Origin: Candidatus Multiplicimicrobium inquinatum
Lineage (GTDB): Bacteria; Omnitrophota; Omnitrophia; Omnitrophales; Aquincolibacteriaceae
Length of the DNA: 64,000 bases
Assembly (NCBI GenBank): GCA_002344825.1
Contig: DDUN01000003.1
Location: 1,775-65,774 of the forward strand
Direction: 5' to 3'
The notes below the pieces were generated by a model that saw only the letters and a program-made list of their open reading frames with translations, searched no databases and had not been told where the DNA came from. Both the position numbers and the translations under genes were made by a program. The first letter of the stretch is position 1. Each line of letters opens with the position of its first letter. Shown in pieces: positions 37,430-47,918 of the stretch.

Positions 37430-38597
37430 AAACATTAAAAGTTTGCAAATTTTAGGTTGCTTGGATCCAAGGTCTGGTGGGCCAACTTATTCTATAAAAA
37501 AACTCGCGGAACATTTGAGCGCAGCATCTGTTCAAGCCGACATTTGGACATTCAATTATCCTTTCCGAGATAAAAAAATTATTTTAGAAAACAATGCCAA
37601 GCACTTTATTGCTCCTGATTTTTTTCTATCAAGGAGATTGGCATCTTGGAGTCCGTGGGTTCAGAGCAGCCTTGAGGCGATAGCGAATCGGTATGATTTA
37701 ATTCATAATCACGGACATTGGTTATTTGGAAACTATTGTGCGCGTCTTGTGGCTAGTAAGTTTAGAAAGCCTTTAATGATTTCACCCCGCGGCATGCTTG
37801 ATCCGTGGTCTTTTGATTTAAAGGCAATGAAGAAAAAAGTTGCTTGGGGTCTTTATGAGAGAAAAAACCTTGAGGCTGCTACAATTTTTCATGCCACATC
37901 TCACATGGAAGCGGAATCTATAAGACGTCTTGGGCTGAAACAGCCTATAGCAGTGCTTCCAAACGGTGTTGACTGTAACAGTCCATTTGCAAGTTCGGAA
38001 TACGTCAAACAAAAAAAGAAAGTGCTCCTCTTTTTATCACGAATAGATCCTAAAAAAGGATTGGAGCGGCTTTTTTCCATATGGCAACGACAAGAAGCAA
38101 AATTTGCTGATTGGGAGCTGGTAATTGCCGGAGATGGCGAGGATAAATATCTAAGAAAGCTAAAAGCGAGTGCCAGAAAGAAAGGTATCGGGGCGCGGAT
38201 CCGCTGGGTTGGATTTGTGGAGCAAGACGCTAAAAAAAAATTATATCGAAATGCATCGTTATTCGTTTTGCCTACTTTTTCAGAAAATTTTGGAAATGCA
38301 ATCGGGGAAGCGCTTTCATTTAATATTCCAATTATTACTACAAGTGGCACTCCTTGGGATGATGTTCAAAAGGAGCGCTGTGGCTGGTATGTCGAAAATA
38401 ATGAGGAGGCAATTGAAGCGGCGCTGATTGAGGCTCTGCAAACTTCGGTAGTGAATCTGACGGAGATGGGGAAGCGTGGAAGACAACTTATTGAAAGAAA
38501 ATATTCCTGGTTCAAGGTTGCTGATGAAATGGCTCAAACCTATCTATGGATTTTAAAAATGAGAGATACGCCTCCGAAGTGTATACGGTTTGATTAA
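37422..38597 (+). CDS. Glycosyltransferase family 4
   Basis: …LFVLPTFSENFGNAIGEALSFNIPIITTSGTPWDDV…. Confidence 0.75.
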   Translation: MIKNIKSLQILGCLDPRSGGPTYSIKKLAEHLSAASVQADIWTFNYPFRDKKIILENNAKHFIAPDFFLSRRLASWSPWVQSSLEAIANRYDLIHNHGHWLFGNYCARLVASKFRKPLMISPRGMLDPWSFDLKAMKKKVAWGLYERKNLEAATIFHATSHMEAESIRRLGLKQPIAVLPNGVDCNSPFASSEYVKQKKKVLLFLSRIDPKKGLERLFSIWQRQEAKFADWELVIAGDGEDKYLRKLKASARKKGIGARIRWVGFVEQDAKKKLYRNASLFVLPTFSENFGNAIGEALSFNIPIITTSGTPWDDVQKERCGWYVENNEEAIEAALIEALQTSVVNLTEMGKRGRQLIERKYSWFKVADEMAQTYLWILKMRDTPPKCIRFD

Positions 38598-38650
38598 TAA
38601 AAAGATGAGTTTCACTGAACAAATTTTTCAAAACTGGAAAGACCTCTGAT

Positions 38651-40525
38651 ATGTGTGGTATTTGCGGAATTGTTGGGAAAGCTGATGAGCGTGTTATTGC
38701 GACAATGACAGAAGCTCTCGCTCGCCGCGGTCCTGATGACCGCGGGATTGCGGTGTTTCCCGAACAGGATGTTTATTTAGGGCACAGACGGCTGAGCGTT
38801 TTGGATCTTAGTACGAATGGACGGCAGCCGATGCGTTCTTCAAATGGTAGGGCAACAATTGTATTTAACGGAGAAATTTATAATTTTCGGGAACTTAAAG
38901 AAGAGCTGAATCAGAAAGGGCATATTTTTTCCACCAAAACAGATACAGAAGTTATTCTCGCGGGATACATAGAGTATGGAGTTGAAATTGTTAAAAAACT
39001 AAGGGGAATGTTCGCTTTTTGTATTTATGACCAGAAAGAAGAGAAGCTATTTTTATTTCGGGACGCAATAGGCATTAAGCCCCTTTACTACTTCCATAAA
39101 GGGGAAAGTTTTATTTTTGCTTCAGAAATCAAATCAATTTTAGCTTCAGGTTTACATCGGCCTCAGGCGAATTGGCAGGCTATATATGATTACTTTACTT
39201 ACTTATACGTCCCCTGTCCTGAAACGGCATTTGCCGATATTTCTCAGCTTCCCCCGGGAAGTTTTCTTGTTTTTGATTTGCGGACGCATCAAATTAATAT
39301 TTCGCAGTATTGGGCAATGTATGAAGACATTGGGCTTGTATCGGACGGAGAAATTTCCAGACAGATTCGAACTTGTCTTACAAACAGCGTGAAGCGGCAG
39401 ATGATAAGCGACGTGCCGCTGGGTGTTATGCTGAGCGGAGGAATTGACTCGCAGATATTGACGGGGCTCATGGCACAGAACTCATCTCAAAGAGTGAATA
39501 CTTTTACGCTGATGTTTGAAGACAGCCGCGTGAGCTCTTATGATGAGCGTTTTGCCGCACAGGAAATTGCCTCACGATTTAATACAAAACACCATGAAAT
39601 TCCATTCGCTTTTAATGAGCCGGAGCAGATTTTTGAACTAATGGATTTTTTTGATCAACCTTTTGGTAATCCCACCGCGCTCTTGATGTATTTGATTTCA
39701 AAGTCGATAAAGCCTTTTGTTACTGTTGCACTTTGCGGCGCGGGCGGCGATGAATTGTTTGCAGGGTATCCTCGCTATCATCTTCCGCAGTTAAGACGAA
39801 TTGATTCGTGGCTTCCTCGATTCATGAGGAAATCGGCTGAATTTATATTTTCAACGACTCGTGATGATTTCAGCTCCAACCGGCTAAGGCGCATCAAAAA
39901 ATATTTTGACGGGAAGGACCCTGATTTTGTAAATGAGTTTCTAAATACGGTTTATTTTTTTTCGGAGAAAAACAAACAGCAGTTATTTAATTTAAAATAC
40001 TTTAACCAGACATTTTTGAATTCAAACAGAATTTTAAAAAATAATTTTCTCAGTGGCGATAGCTCTGATTTTGGAAATAAAATGCTCGGTATGGATGTCC
40101 GTACTTTTCTTCTAAATAATATTTTAGAGTATACGGATAAGATGAGCATGGCGGTTGGGCTGGAAGTCCGGGTGCCTTACTTAGATGAAGATTTTGTCAG
40201 GCTGAGCTTAAACAGGGTGCCTTTTGACCGGAAAATTAATCTTTTTGACTCCAAGATTATTCTAAAAAAAACATTCGCTGATTTGCTGACGAAGAAAAAA
40301 TATCCAAAGAAAGGGTTTAATTTGCCGATAGCTGTTTGGATGAGAGATGGTTTAGGGAGGGATTTTGTGGGTCGGGCGGGTAAGGGTACCGAGTTGGCGG
40401 AGATATTTGATTGGAAGTATATAAAATTTATTTATTCCCAGCACATGCAGGGAGTACGAGATAACTCTTATGAGTTGTTCTCCGTCATGGTTTTTGAACG
40501 ATGGTATAGAAAGCATATTTTGTAA
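38651..40525 (+). CDS. asnB: Asparagine synthase (glutamine-hydrolysing)-family amidotransferase, possibly a sugar/uronate amidotransferase (WbpS-like)
   Basis: N-terminal nucleophile MCGICGIV and PP-loop SGGIDS; ~620 aa. It is embedded in a polysaccharide locus. Confidence 0.8.
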   Translation: MCGICGIVGKADERVIATMTEALARRGPDDRGIAVFPEQDVYLGHRRLSVLDLSTNGRQPMRSSNGRATIVFNGEIYNFRELKEELNQKGHIFSTKTDTEVILAGYIEYGVEIVKKLRGMFAFCIYDQKEEKLFLFRDAIGIKPLYYFHKGESFIFASEIKSILASGLHRPQANWQAIYDYFTYLYVPCPETAFADISQLPPGSFLVFDLRTHQINISQYWAMYEDIGLVSDGEISRQIRTCLTNSVKRQMISDVPLGVMLSGGIDSQILTGLMAQNSSQRVNTFTLMFEDSRVSSYDERFAAQEIASRFNTKHHEIPFAFNEPEQIFELMDFFDQPFGNPTALLMYLISKSIKPFVTVALCGAGGDELFAGYPRYHLPQLRRIDSWLPRFMRKSAEFIFSTTRDDFSSNRLRRIKKYFDGKDPDFVNEFLNTVYFFSEKNKQQLFNLKYFNQTFLNSNRILKNNFLSGDSSDFGNKMLGMDVRTFLLNNILEYTDKMSMAVGLEVRVPYLDEDFVRLSLNRVPFDRKINLFDSKIILKKTFADLLTKKKYPKKGFNLPIAVWMRDGLGRDFVGRAGKGTELAEIFDWKYIKFIYSQHMQGVRDNSYELFSVMVFERWYRKHIL

Positions 40526-40541
40526 TTTAAAGTGAGGCATT

Positions 40542-41606
40542 ATGAAAAAGGTTAAGGCAGTCATTGTGGGAACTGGACTGATTTCCAAGAAAAAACATAT
40601 TCCCGCCTTTTTGAACAATAAAAAAGCAGATTTAGTGGCTATATGCGATCTTAATGCCGCCGCCGCTGAGGCGACCGCAAAAAAATTTGGAATAGCAAAA
40701 TTTTATTCAAATATTCAAGAAATGCTTGATCGGGAAAAGCCGGATTTGGTTGATATTTGCACGCCGCCAGCGTCGCATGCTGGTGTTGCTCTAACAGCAA
40801 TTGATGCCGGCTGCCATGTTCTTATTGAAAAGCCGATGGCTCTCACCGAGGAAGAATGTGATGAGGTTATAAGGGCTGCGGATAAAAAAAACCTAAAAAT
40901 ATGTGTCGGACATTCAGATTTGTTTTACCCGCCTTTTATTGAGGCGCGCAAAATAGTCAGACAGGGTGGGATCGGAGAGTTTTCAGGCATGCATATCTTT
41001 CTATCCACCCCGACTGATTATATGACGGCAAAGCCCGACCACTGGGCAAATAAGCTGCCCGGAGGGGTGATTGGTGAATCTGGGCCACACGTTGTTTATA
41101 TGACGCTTGCCTTTATTAATCCGATTAAATATGTAAAAGCAGATGTTTTAAAACAAACGCCATATGCATGGTCGCCTTATGATGATTACAGAATATCGCT
41201 TGTAGGGGAAAAAGCTATAAGCACCATTACCAGTGTTTACACAACTAATCAATGGGCAGCCAAAGTGGATATCTGGGGCACAGATGCGATGCTGCGTCTA
41301 GATCTGCAGACCATGACTTTAGTCCGGTACAAACGGACAAGTTTAAATAAAGTTCATGTTGCTTGGAGCGGCATCAGACAGGGGGTTCAAGAGATTGGCG
41401 CAGTTTTGAAAGCTGGGGCGCAGGTTGTTGCAGGCCAATATAAGCGGACGCATGATATTTTTATCGGAGAGTTTATCGAGAGTATTTTATATGATAGACC
41501 GTCGCCTGTTCCCGCAGATGAAGGGAAAGAAGCGGTAAGAATTATGAATTTAATTGTCCAAAAAATTAATCAAGCAAAAATAACCGAATCAGTAAATTCA
41601 AAATAA
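40542..41606 (+). CDS. Gfo/Idh/MocA-family NAD(P)-dependent oxidoreductase (sugar dehydrogenase)
   Basis: N-terminal Rossmann VKAVIVGTGLISKKKHIPAF and EKPMALT motif. Confidence 0.75.
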   Translation: MKKVKAVIVGTGLISKKKHIPAFLNNKKADLVAICDLNAAAAEATAKKFGIAKFYSNIQEMLDREKPDLVDICTPPASHAGVALTAIDAGCHVLIEKPMALTEEECDEVIRAADKKNLKICVGHSDLFYPPFIEARKIVRQGGIGEFSGMHIFLSTPTDYMTAKPDHWANKLPGGVIGESGPHVVYMTLAFINPIKYVKADVLKQTPYAWSPYDDYRISLVGEKAISTITSVYTTNQWAAKVDIWGTDAMLRLDLQTMTLVRYKRTSLNKVHVAWSGIRQGVQEIGAVLKAGAQVVAGQYKRTHDIFIGEFIESILYDRPSPVPADEGKEAVRIMNLIVQKINQAKITESVNSK

Positions 41607-41629
41607 ATGAAAACCTTTTTGTTTTAAGC

Positions 41630-43381
41630 ATGAATATTATTGGGATAAATGCGTATCATGGAGACTCATCAGCTTGTCTTGTTATTGATGGAAAGCTAAT
41701 TGCTGCTGCGGAAGAGGAGCGCTTTACTCGTGTCAAGCATTGGGCGGGGTTTCCATCGGAAGCTATTCTGTATTGTCTTCGCGAAGGAGGGCTTACCTTA
41801 GGTCAAATAGATGTGATTGCAATCAACAGTGATCCTTGTGCAAGCTTGGGGCGTAAAATAGAGTATGTTTTTTTTAATCAGCCGAGACTTCCATTGCTAA
41901 TTGATCGACTAAAGAACTTGTGGAAGCGTATATGGGTACATAAAGCGTCAAAGAAAATATCAGTGATAGAAGGATTTAAGGGGGAAGTGGTTCGCGTTGA
42001 GCATCATCGGGCGCATCTTGCTTCAGCTTTTTTGCTTTCACCTTTTTCTCAGGCCGTGACTGTTTCAGTGGATGGCTTCGGGGATTTTGCCAGCACAAGC
42101 TGGGGTGTAGGCAATGGAACAAAAATCAAAATTGATGGGCGTGTTTACTTTCCGCATTCCCTGGGTGTTTTTTATCAGGCGCTGACTCAATATCTCGGGT
42201 TTTTGAATTACGGTGATGAGTATAAGGTGATGGGGCTTGCTCCGTATGGTGAGCCCAAATATTTGGATGAAATGCGCAAAATTGTTCTGCTGCAAGCGGA
42301 CGGGACATTCAAATTAAACTTGGATTACTTTTGTCACCATCGCGAGGGTGTGGATTACCGTTGGGAAGGCGGCGTCCCGCATGTTGGTTTGTTGTTTTCA
42401 GGTGCTTTAGAGCAGCTGCTTGGTCAAGCGCGTCAGCCTCAAGATGAGATTAGCCAAAAGCACAAAGACCTCGCGCGTTCGATTCAAGCCATGTATGAAG
42501 AAGCCTTCTTTCACTTGCTGAATTCTTTACATAAACGATATCAGTTGGATTGCCTGGCTCTCGCGGGCGGATGCGCTATGAACTCGGTTGCGAACGGTAA
42601 AATCAGCCTTAAAACCCCCTTTAAGCAGGTTTATATTCAAGCCGCGGCCGGAGATGCCGGCGGCGCGATAGGAGCCGCATTTTCTTTTTGGCATCAAATG
42701 AATCCAAGTGCGGGGCGCTTTGAGGTTAAAAACGGTTCTTGGGGCGAGTCTTTTTCAGATGTCGCGATTGAGCATTGTATTGAGGCTTCAAGAGGTGAAT
42801 TGGAAGATCAGGGTTGTGAGATCAGTTTTATTTCGGATGATCAGAAGCTTTGTCAGAAGACCGCTTCAGCGATTGAGCAAGGGAAAGTGATTGGATGGTT
42901 TCAGGGACGAATGGAATGGGGTGCCCGAGCATTGGGCAACCGTTCGATTTTAGGAGATCCCCGGCGAACCGATATGAAAGATATTTTGAATCTCAAAATT
43001 AAACGCCGAGAATCATTTCGGCCTTTTGCGCCGTCTATTTTAAGAGAAAAATCAAAAGATTGGTTTGAGAGAGACGACGAGGTTCCATTTATGGAGAAAG
43101 TTTTTCAGATTCGTCCCGAGAAAAGATCTTTGATTCCCGCCGTAACGCATGTGGATGGATCCGGGCGCCTTCAGACCGTAACGGAGGAAGCGAACCCGAT
43201 CTACCATAAGTTGATTCAGAGTTTCGAAACTTTAACGGGTGTGCCGATTCTGCTCAACACATCATTTAATGAAAATGAGCCGATTGTCTGCAAGCCGAAA
43301 GAAGCTTTGAATTGTTTTTTGAGAACAAAGATGGATGTGTTGGTGTTGGGACATTTTATTATTGAGCGTAAAAGTAGTTAA
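41630..43381 (+). CDS. Carbamoyltransferase, NodU/CmcH family
   Basis: N-terminus MNIIGINAYHGDSSACLV…AAAEEERFTRVKH (Kae1/YgjD-like domain) and C-terminal carbamoyltransferase domain; ~580 aa. Confidence 0.75.
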   Translation: MNIIGINAYHGDSSACLVIDGKLIAAAEEERFTRVKHWAGFPSEAILYCLREGGLTLGQIDVIAINSDPCASLGRKIEYVFFNQPRLPLLIDRLKNLWKRIWVHKASKKISVIEGFKGEVVRVEHHRAHLASAFLLSPFSQAVTVSVDGFGDFASTSWGVGNGTKIKIDGRVYFPHSLGVFYQALTQYLGFLNYGDEYKVMGLAPYGEPKYLDEMRKIVLLQADGTFKLNLDYFCHHREGVDYRWEGGVPHVGLLFSGALEQLLGQARQPQDEISQKHKDLARSIQAMYEEAFFHLLNSLHKRYQLDCLALAGGCAMNSVANGKISLKTPFKQVYIQAAAGDAGGAIGAAFSFWHQMNPSAGRFEVKNGSWGESFSDVAIEHCIEASRGELEDQGCEISFISDDQKLCQKTASAIEQGKVIGWFQGRMEWGARALGNRSILGDPRRTDMKDILNLKIKRRESFRPFAPSILREKSKDWFERDDEVPFMEKVFQIRPEKRSLIPAVTHVDGSGRLQTVTEEANPIYHKLIQSFETLTGVPILLNTSFNENEPIVCKPKEALNCFLRTKMDVLVLGHFIIERKSS

Positions 43382-43398
43382 AATACTGTGAGGTTTTT

Positions 43399-44391
43399 GT
43401 GTCAAACAATCTAGTTGTTGTTGCTGGTGGCGGTGGTTTTATTGGGGGGCATTTAGTTGCGGAGCTTGCCAGAAGAGGTTGCAAGAATATTCGCGTAATT
43501 GATAAGAAACCTATTTCAGATTGGTGGCAGGTGTTTCCGGAATTAGATAATCGTCAGCTTGATTTACAGTTAAAAGATGCTTGTGAGCAAGCCGTGGAGG
43601 GCGCTTCGGAGGTTTTTAACCTTGCTGCGGATATGGGGGGAATGGGATTTATTGAGAACAACAAAGCGCTTTGCATGCTTTCGGTTTTGATTAATACCAA
43701 TCTTCTTTTAGCGGTGCAAAAATATAAAGTTAAAAAATATTTTTATGCTTCATCAGCATGTGTTTATGCGGCGGATAAGCAGGTTTCGGAGGATGTAACT
43801 GCACTTAAAGAAGAGGATGCTTATCCAGCCATGCCGGAAGACGGCTACGGCTGGGAAAAGCTTTTTAGCGAGAGGATGTGTCGACATTTTAGAGACGATT
43901 TTGGAATTTATACTCGTGTTGCACGTTTTCATAATGTCTATGGTCCGCAAGGGACATGGGATGGTGGGCGTGAAAAGGCGCCTGCAGCGATTTGTCGCAA
44001 GGTGATTCAGGCTAAGCTTTCAGGCAAACACGAAATTGAAATTTGGGGTAACGGACATCAAACCCGCAGCTTTATGTATATTGATGATTGCCTTAAAGGG
44101 ATTGATCTGATTATGAATAGTCAAATTTTAGAGCCAATTAACTTGGGTAGCGATGAGCAGGTTTCCATTAATCAATTGGTGGATATTGTGGAAGAAATCG
44201 CAGGAGTCAAGTTGAAGCGTTCATATAATTTGAAGGCACCCAAGGGTGTGAATGGACGTAATAGCGATAACACCTTGATTAAGCAATATTTGAGTTGGGC
44301 ACCGTCAGTCAGACTTAAAGATGGTTTGGAAAAAACCTATGCTTGGATTTACGACCAAATCAAAAACAATCGCAAATCACCCATTTATTGA
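43399..44391 (+). CDS. NAD-dependent nucleotide-sugar epimerase/dehydratase (extended SDR)
   Basis: GTG start; VVAGGGGFIGGHL Rossmann motif and catalytic YASSACVY…K region. Confidence 0.75.
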   Translation: MSNNLVVVAGGGGFIGGHLVAELARRGCKNIRVIDKKPISDWWQVFPELDNRQLDLQLKDACEQAVEGASEVFNLAADMGGMGFIENNKALCMLSVLINTNLLLAVQKYKVKKYFYASSACVYAADKQVSEDVTALKEEDAYPAMPEDGYGWEKLFSERMCRHFRDDFGIYTRVARFHNVYGPQGTWDGGREKAPAAICRKVIQAKLSGKHEIEIWGNGHQTRSFMYIDDCLKGIDLIMNSQILEPINLGSDEQVSINQLVDIVEEIAGVKLKRSYNLKAPKGVNGRNSDNTLIKQYLSWAPSVRLKDGLEKTYAWIYDQIKNNRKSPIY

Positions 44392-44393
44392 TT

Positions 44394-45611
44394 TTGAAGC
44401 CGAAGCTCTTAGTTCTTTATCATTTTTATTTTCCCGATGATGTTGTCAGTGCCCGTCACTATGAGGATCTTTGTGAGGGGCTAGCATTGCTTGGCTGGGA
44501 TGTTGAAGTTTGGCCTGCCAATCGTAAATATAACGGTTCTTCGGAAAAACTAAAATCCAAAGATTCTTGGCATGATGTTGCGATTTGGCGAGTTTGGCGG
44601 CCTGTTTTAAAGCAATCGGGAGCATTGGGACGAATTGTTAATTCCGCTTGGATGCTTACTGCCTGGGCTGTTCGGTGGGTTTTTTTTATGAAATCGCGGC
44701 CACAAGTCGTTTTGATTGGAACTGATCCCATTCTGTCTTTGGTGGAGGCGATTGTAATGAGGTGGACGAGCCCTGCTGTTAAAATTGTGCATTGGTGTTT
44801 TGATCTTTATCCTGAGGCTGCCGTTGCAGATCGTAAAATTATAAAAGACGGGATGCTACATAAGTTTTTGAAATGGCTTATGGCAAAGGCTTATTGCGCT
44901 TGTGATTCGGTTGTCGACTTGGGAATATGCATGAAAAATTTGCTACAGCACTATCTGCCAGATACTAAAAATCCTGCCACACTAACACCTTGGGCCTTTT
45001 ATGAGCCGGACTGTGTGAATCAGTCTAATTTGCTCGAGCGCGAAAAACTGTTTGGCTCAGCGCAATTAGGTATTCTTTATTCCGGTAATTTTGGATTAGC
45101 CCATTCAGCTGATTTGTCATTTCGTCTTGCTAAGAAACTTAAAGGGACAATGGTGCAGTTTTGTTTTTCCATTCGTGGGCCTAGGGTGGGGGATCTTAAG
45201 TGGCAGTCTGAGGAGCAAAGCATACCTGTTCATTTTGCTGATTTTGTTTCGGAAAATTATTTGAATATGCGGCTGGAGGCGGCGGATATTCATTTGGTAA
45301 GTTTAAAACCGGAATGGACGGGAATGGTTGTGCCGTCCAAGTTTTTTGGAGCCATTGCGGCGGGGAGGCCGGTCCTTTTTGAAGGTTCACCGGAGTCGTC
45401 GATTGCAAAATGGATTACCCAGTTTGGGTTAGGTTGGGTTCTTACTGAAGAAAGCTATGCGAAGGTTGCAGATGAGTTAGTTCAAATCTCTCAAAATCCA
45501 AACGAGCTGAAAAGGCTGAAACAGCATTGTCTCGATACTTACCAAGCTCACTTCTCACGTTACAAGATTATTTCGGCTTGGAATGAGCTTTTGACCCACC
45601 TGATCGCGTAA
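44394..45611 (+). CDS. Glycosyltransferase family 4, WcaI/WbuB-like
   Basis: N-terminal LVLYHFYFPDDVVSARHYEDLCEGLALLGWDV. Start taken at the TTG after the upstream stop; the longest ORF begins at 44343. Confidence 0.6.
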   Translation: MKPKLLVLYHFYFPDDVVSARHYEDLCEGLALLGWDVEVWPANRKYNGSSEKLKSKDSWHDVAIWRVWRPVLKQSGALGRIVNSAWMLTAWAVRWVFFMKSRPQVVLIGTDPILSLVEAIVMRWTSPAVKIVHWCFDLYPEAAVADRKIIKDGMLHKFLKWLMAKAYCACDSVVDLGICMKNLLQHYLPDTKNPATLTPWAFYEPDCVNQSNLLEREKLFGSAQLGILYSGNFGLAHSADLSFRLAKKLKGTMVQFCFSIRGPRVGDLKWQSEEQSIPVHFADFVSENYLNMRLEAADIHLVSLKPEWTGMVVPSKFFGAIAAGRPVLFEGSPESSIAKWITQFGLGWVLTEESYAKVADELVQISQNPNELKRLKQHCLDTYQAHFSRYKIISAWNELLTHLIA

Positions 45612-45674
45612 GCTGTATATACATTGCTTATTTAGTTGTCTTTGATTTTTGCCGTTAATACTTGATAATGACTA

Positions 45675-47897
45675 GTGTTTTTTCATTCAAGGCTATTTTG
45701 TTTTACCAAGAGATGTTTTTTGCTATTTTTAAAGTTTAATTTATTTTTGGGCTTAGCTAAAAAAAAATTAAATCGGGTGTTCCTGTGCCTGATTTTTGTT
45801 TTTTTTCTCTTTATGTTGAGCGGATTGAATGCGTGGGCAGAGCCCTCAGCAAGACAGCCAGCAGAAGATGCTCTAGATGCGGATGCTTCTTTGTCTGCTG
45901 ATTTAAATAAATCGGAAGATTCAGGCAATTGGGATAATTGGGATGATGAAAAGCAAGTAACAATTGAGAAGCAAGATGGGGTGGGTTCTCAGCTGTCCGC
46001 GGTTCCTGTGGTGGATTCATCGGGTATCGATAAGGCCATGGAAGAAGCTTTACGCGAAACAATGATTGTTCAGGCCAAGTCTTACTACCCGATGATTCGT
46101 TCAATGAGTTTAGAGTCAAGTGATTCGAGCGTTTTGTTTGAAATTGCTTATGACGCGGCGTCCGAAAAAGATTTGGTCTCAATAAAACATGAAGTCAATA
46201 AAGAGCAGATGACAGTTCAAATTCAAATTCTTTCCCCGCTTTTGCAGAAGACGGAAGACCTGAGCATGGGGGGTGATGCGCAGTTGATAGAGTCCATTCA
46301 ACTTGCTGTGAATGCCGGATTAACTTCAACATTAGGATTGGATGCGAAGATTGCTTTTATTCAAAGAATAAACATGAAGTTGATTCGGCCTGTACAACTT
46401 CATGTTAAGCAGTATCCCGGATTAATTCGGGTTGAGCTTCGCCCTTATCAGGCTGGAGCTGAGGAAGACAAAAAAGAGTCTGATGAGATTGAGCGCGATG
46501 TTCTTTTTCAGCCCTCCGAGCCTCCTCCTCTTTTGACTACAAACCAGGTTTTTGGGCAAAGTTTTCAGCAAGAGCGGGATTATGAAAATGAAGTTAATTT
46601 TGGAGGAGAGAGAACTTTGATCGATCAATTAGAGTCGCGGCCTGGATTGATTTCAAGATATTCATATACGGACTATAGTCGTGGTGCCTCTAGTGAGGCG
46701 GTTAAACAAGACTCGGATTATCGTTATCCGGCTTTCGGCAGCCTGGATTATTGGAAAAAGCATTTAAGCGGTGTTTTTGTGAATACCACGAAACTGCTTA
46801 AGCAGCGCCGGGGTCAGCATTTTTTTATGAATGAAGAACCTGCTTTCGCGGTTGTTTATGACCGTAAAGGGCCTGCGCATATTCGGTTGGGATATAATTT
46901 TCAAAGGCAGTTTCCTTTCTTTTATCAGAAGTTGGGGCGCCTTGCACCCGCGGATGGAGCAATTCGGCATGATATTCGCGGCGGTATTGTTTATACCACG
47001 CAAAGCCCTTGGACGTTTTCATTTCAGAACCGGCTTGGGATTTTTTCAAGTGAAAATTTAGGTGCTTCTTCTAAGTTTGGAGATCGCTTAAATCAGTATC
47101 GTTATGAAGCGGGACAAGCGGTTCGCTATAATTTGAAGCGTGGATTTGTGCAGTTAGGAAGCGGCGTGAAAATAGAGGCACAAGAGATTTTTATTCGTGA
47201 TCGTAATATTGAGGGGTATTTGTCGCTTTTATGGTTTAGGCAATTATCTCAAAAATGGGCCGCCCGATCGGAGTACAATTACGAGCATAAGTTTTTTCGT
47301 GAGGAAATTCCTGCGATTGATATGAATGTGCATCGAATTCGCATGGGGCTTGAGTATAAGCCTTCTAAGAATGGGTTGTTTAAACCGAATTTGGGACTAG
47401 CTTTTTATGATGGCGAAGCATTTTCCGGTTTAATAGGGGGCTTGGAATATTCTCATCAGCTGGGGCGTCGCGACCGAGTGCGGTTTTCCTATGATACCGA
47501 TTTTATTCGGGACGAAGTTTCCCCTTTTGGCAGAGCGTCGCTGAATAATAGACGGTTGACAACTGAGCAAACGGGCAGAATGATTCGTTATCATATTGTT
47601 CGCGCGGCTTATCAGCGTAAACTTTCTAAAAAACTAAATTTTATTTTAGAGGGTTCGTATCGCAGGGAAGATCAGCTTGCGGTTGAGCCCAAAGATAAAT
47701 ATGGGGAATACCGTTTTTCGACCGCTTTACGACGCAGCGCCCCTAAAAAGTGGGTTATCGAGCTCCGCTATATTTTATCTTATCTGGATGCTTATCGCGT
47801 TAGTACGAACGCGAGCGGAGTAACCAACAAGCTGGATCAGGGAAATACCAATCATCAAGCTTATATCCGGTTGTACCGATACTTTGGTGATGCGTAA
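45675..47897 (+). CDS. Large secreted/outer-membrane protein of unknown function associated with polysaccharide export (possibly GfcD/YjbH-like)
   Basis: Signal-peptide-like KKKLNRVFLCLIFVFFLFMLSGLNAWA-EP. The C-terminal half is rich in alternating aromatic residues (beta-barrel-like). It lies directly upstream of wza. The start codon is uncertain. Confidence 0.4.
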   Translation: MFFHSRLFCFTKRCFLLFLKFNLFLGLAKKKLNRVFLCLIFVFFLFMLSGLNAWAEPSARQPAEDALDADASLSADLNKSEDSGNWDNWDDEKQVTIEKQDGVGSQLSAVPVVDSSGIDKAMEEALRETMIVQAKSYYPMIRSMSLESSDSSVLFEIAYDAASEKDLVSIKHEVNKEQMTVQIQILSPLLQKTEDLSMGGDAQLIESIQLAVNAGLTSTLGLDAKIAFIQRINMKLIRPVQLHVKQYPGLIRVELRPYQAGAEEDKKESDEIERDVLFQPSEPPPLLTTNQVFGQSFQQERDYENEVNFGGERTLIDQLESRPGLISRYSYTDYSRGASSEAVKQDSDYRYPAFGSLDYWKKHLSGVFVNTTKLLKQRRGQHFFMNEEPAFAVVYDRKGPAHIRLGYNFQRQFPFFYQKLGRLAPADGAIRHDIRGGIVYTTQSPWTFSFQNRLGIFSSENLGASSKFGDRLNQYRYEAGQAVRYNLKRGFVQLGSGVKIEAQEIFIRDRNIEGYLSLLWFRQLSQKWAARSEYNYEHKFFREEIPAIDMNVHRIRMGLEYKPSKNGLFKPNLGLAFYDGEAFSGLIGGLEYSHQLGRRDRVRFSYDTDFIRDEVSPFGRASLNNRRLTTEQTGRMIRYHIVRAAYQRKLSKKLNFILEGSYRREDQLAVEPKDKYGEYRFSTALRRSAPKKWVIELRYILSYLDAYRVSTNASGVTNKLDQGNTNHQAYIRLYRYFGDA

Positions 47898-47918
47898 TAA
47901 TAAAAAAGGAGATGAGTT

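Noticed and set aside
45683-46182. Minus-strand ORFs antisense to the 5' end of the 740-aa outer-membrane-protein gene
   Set aside because: They are antisense artefacts. The sense strand has a signal peptide and a long continuous ORF.
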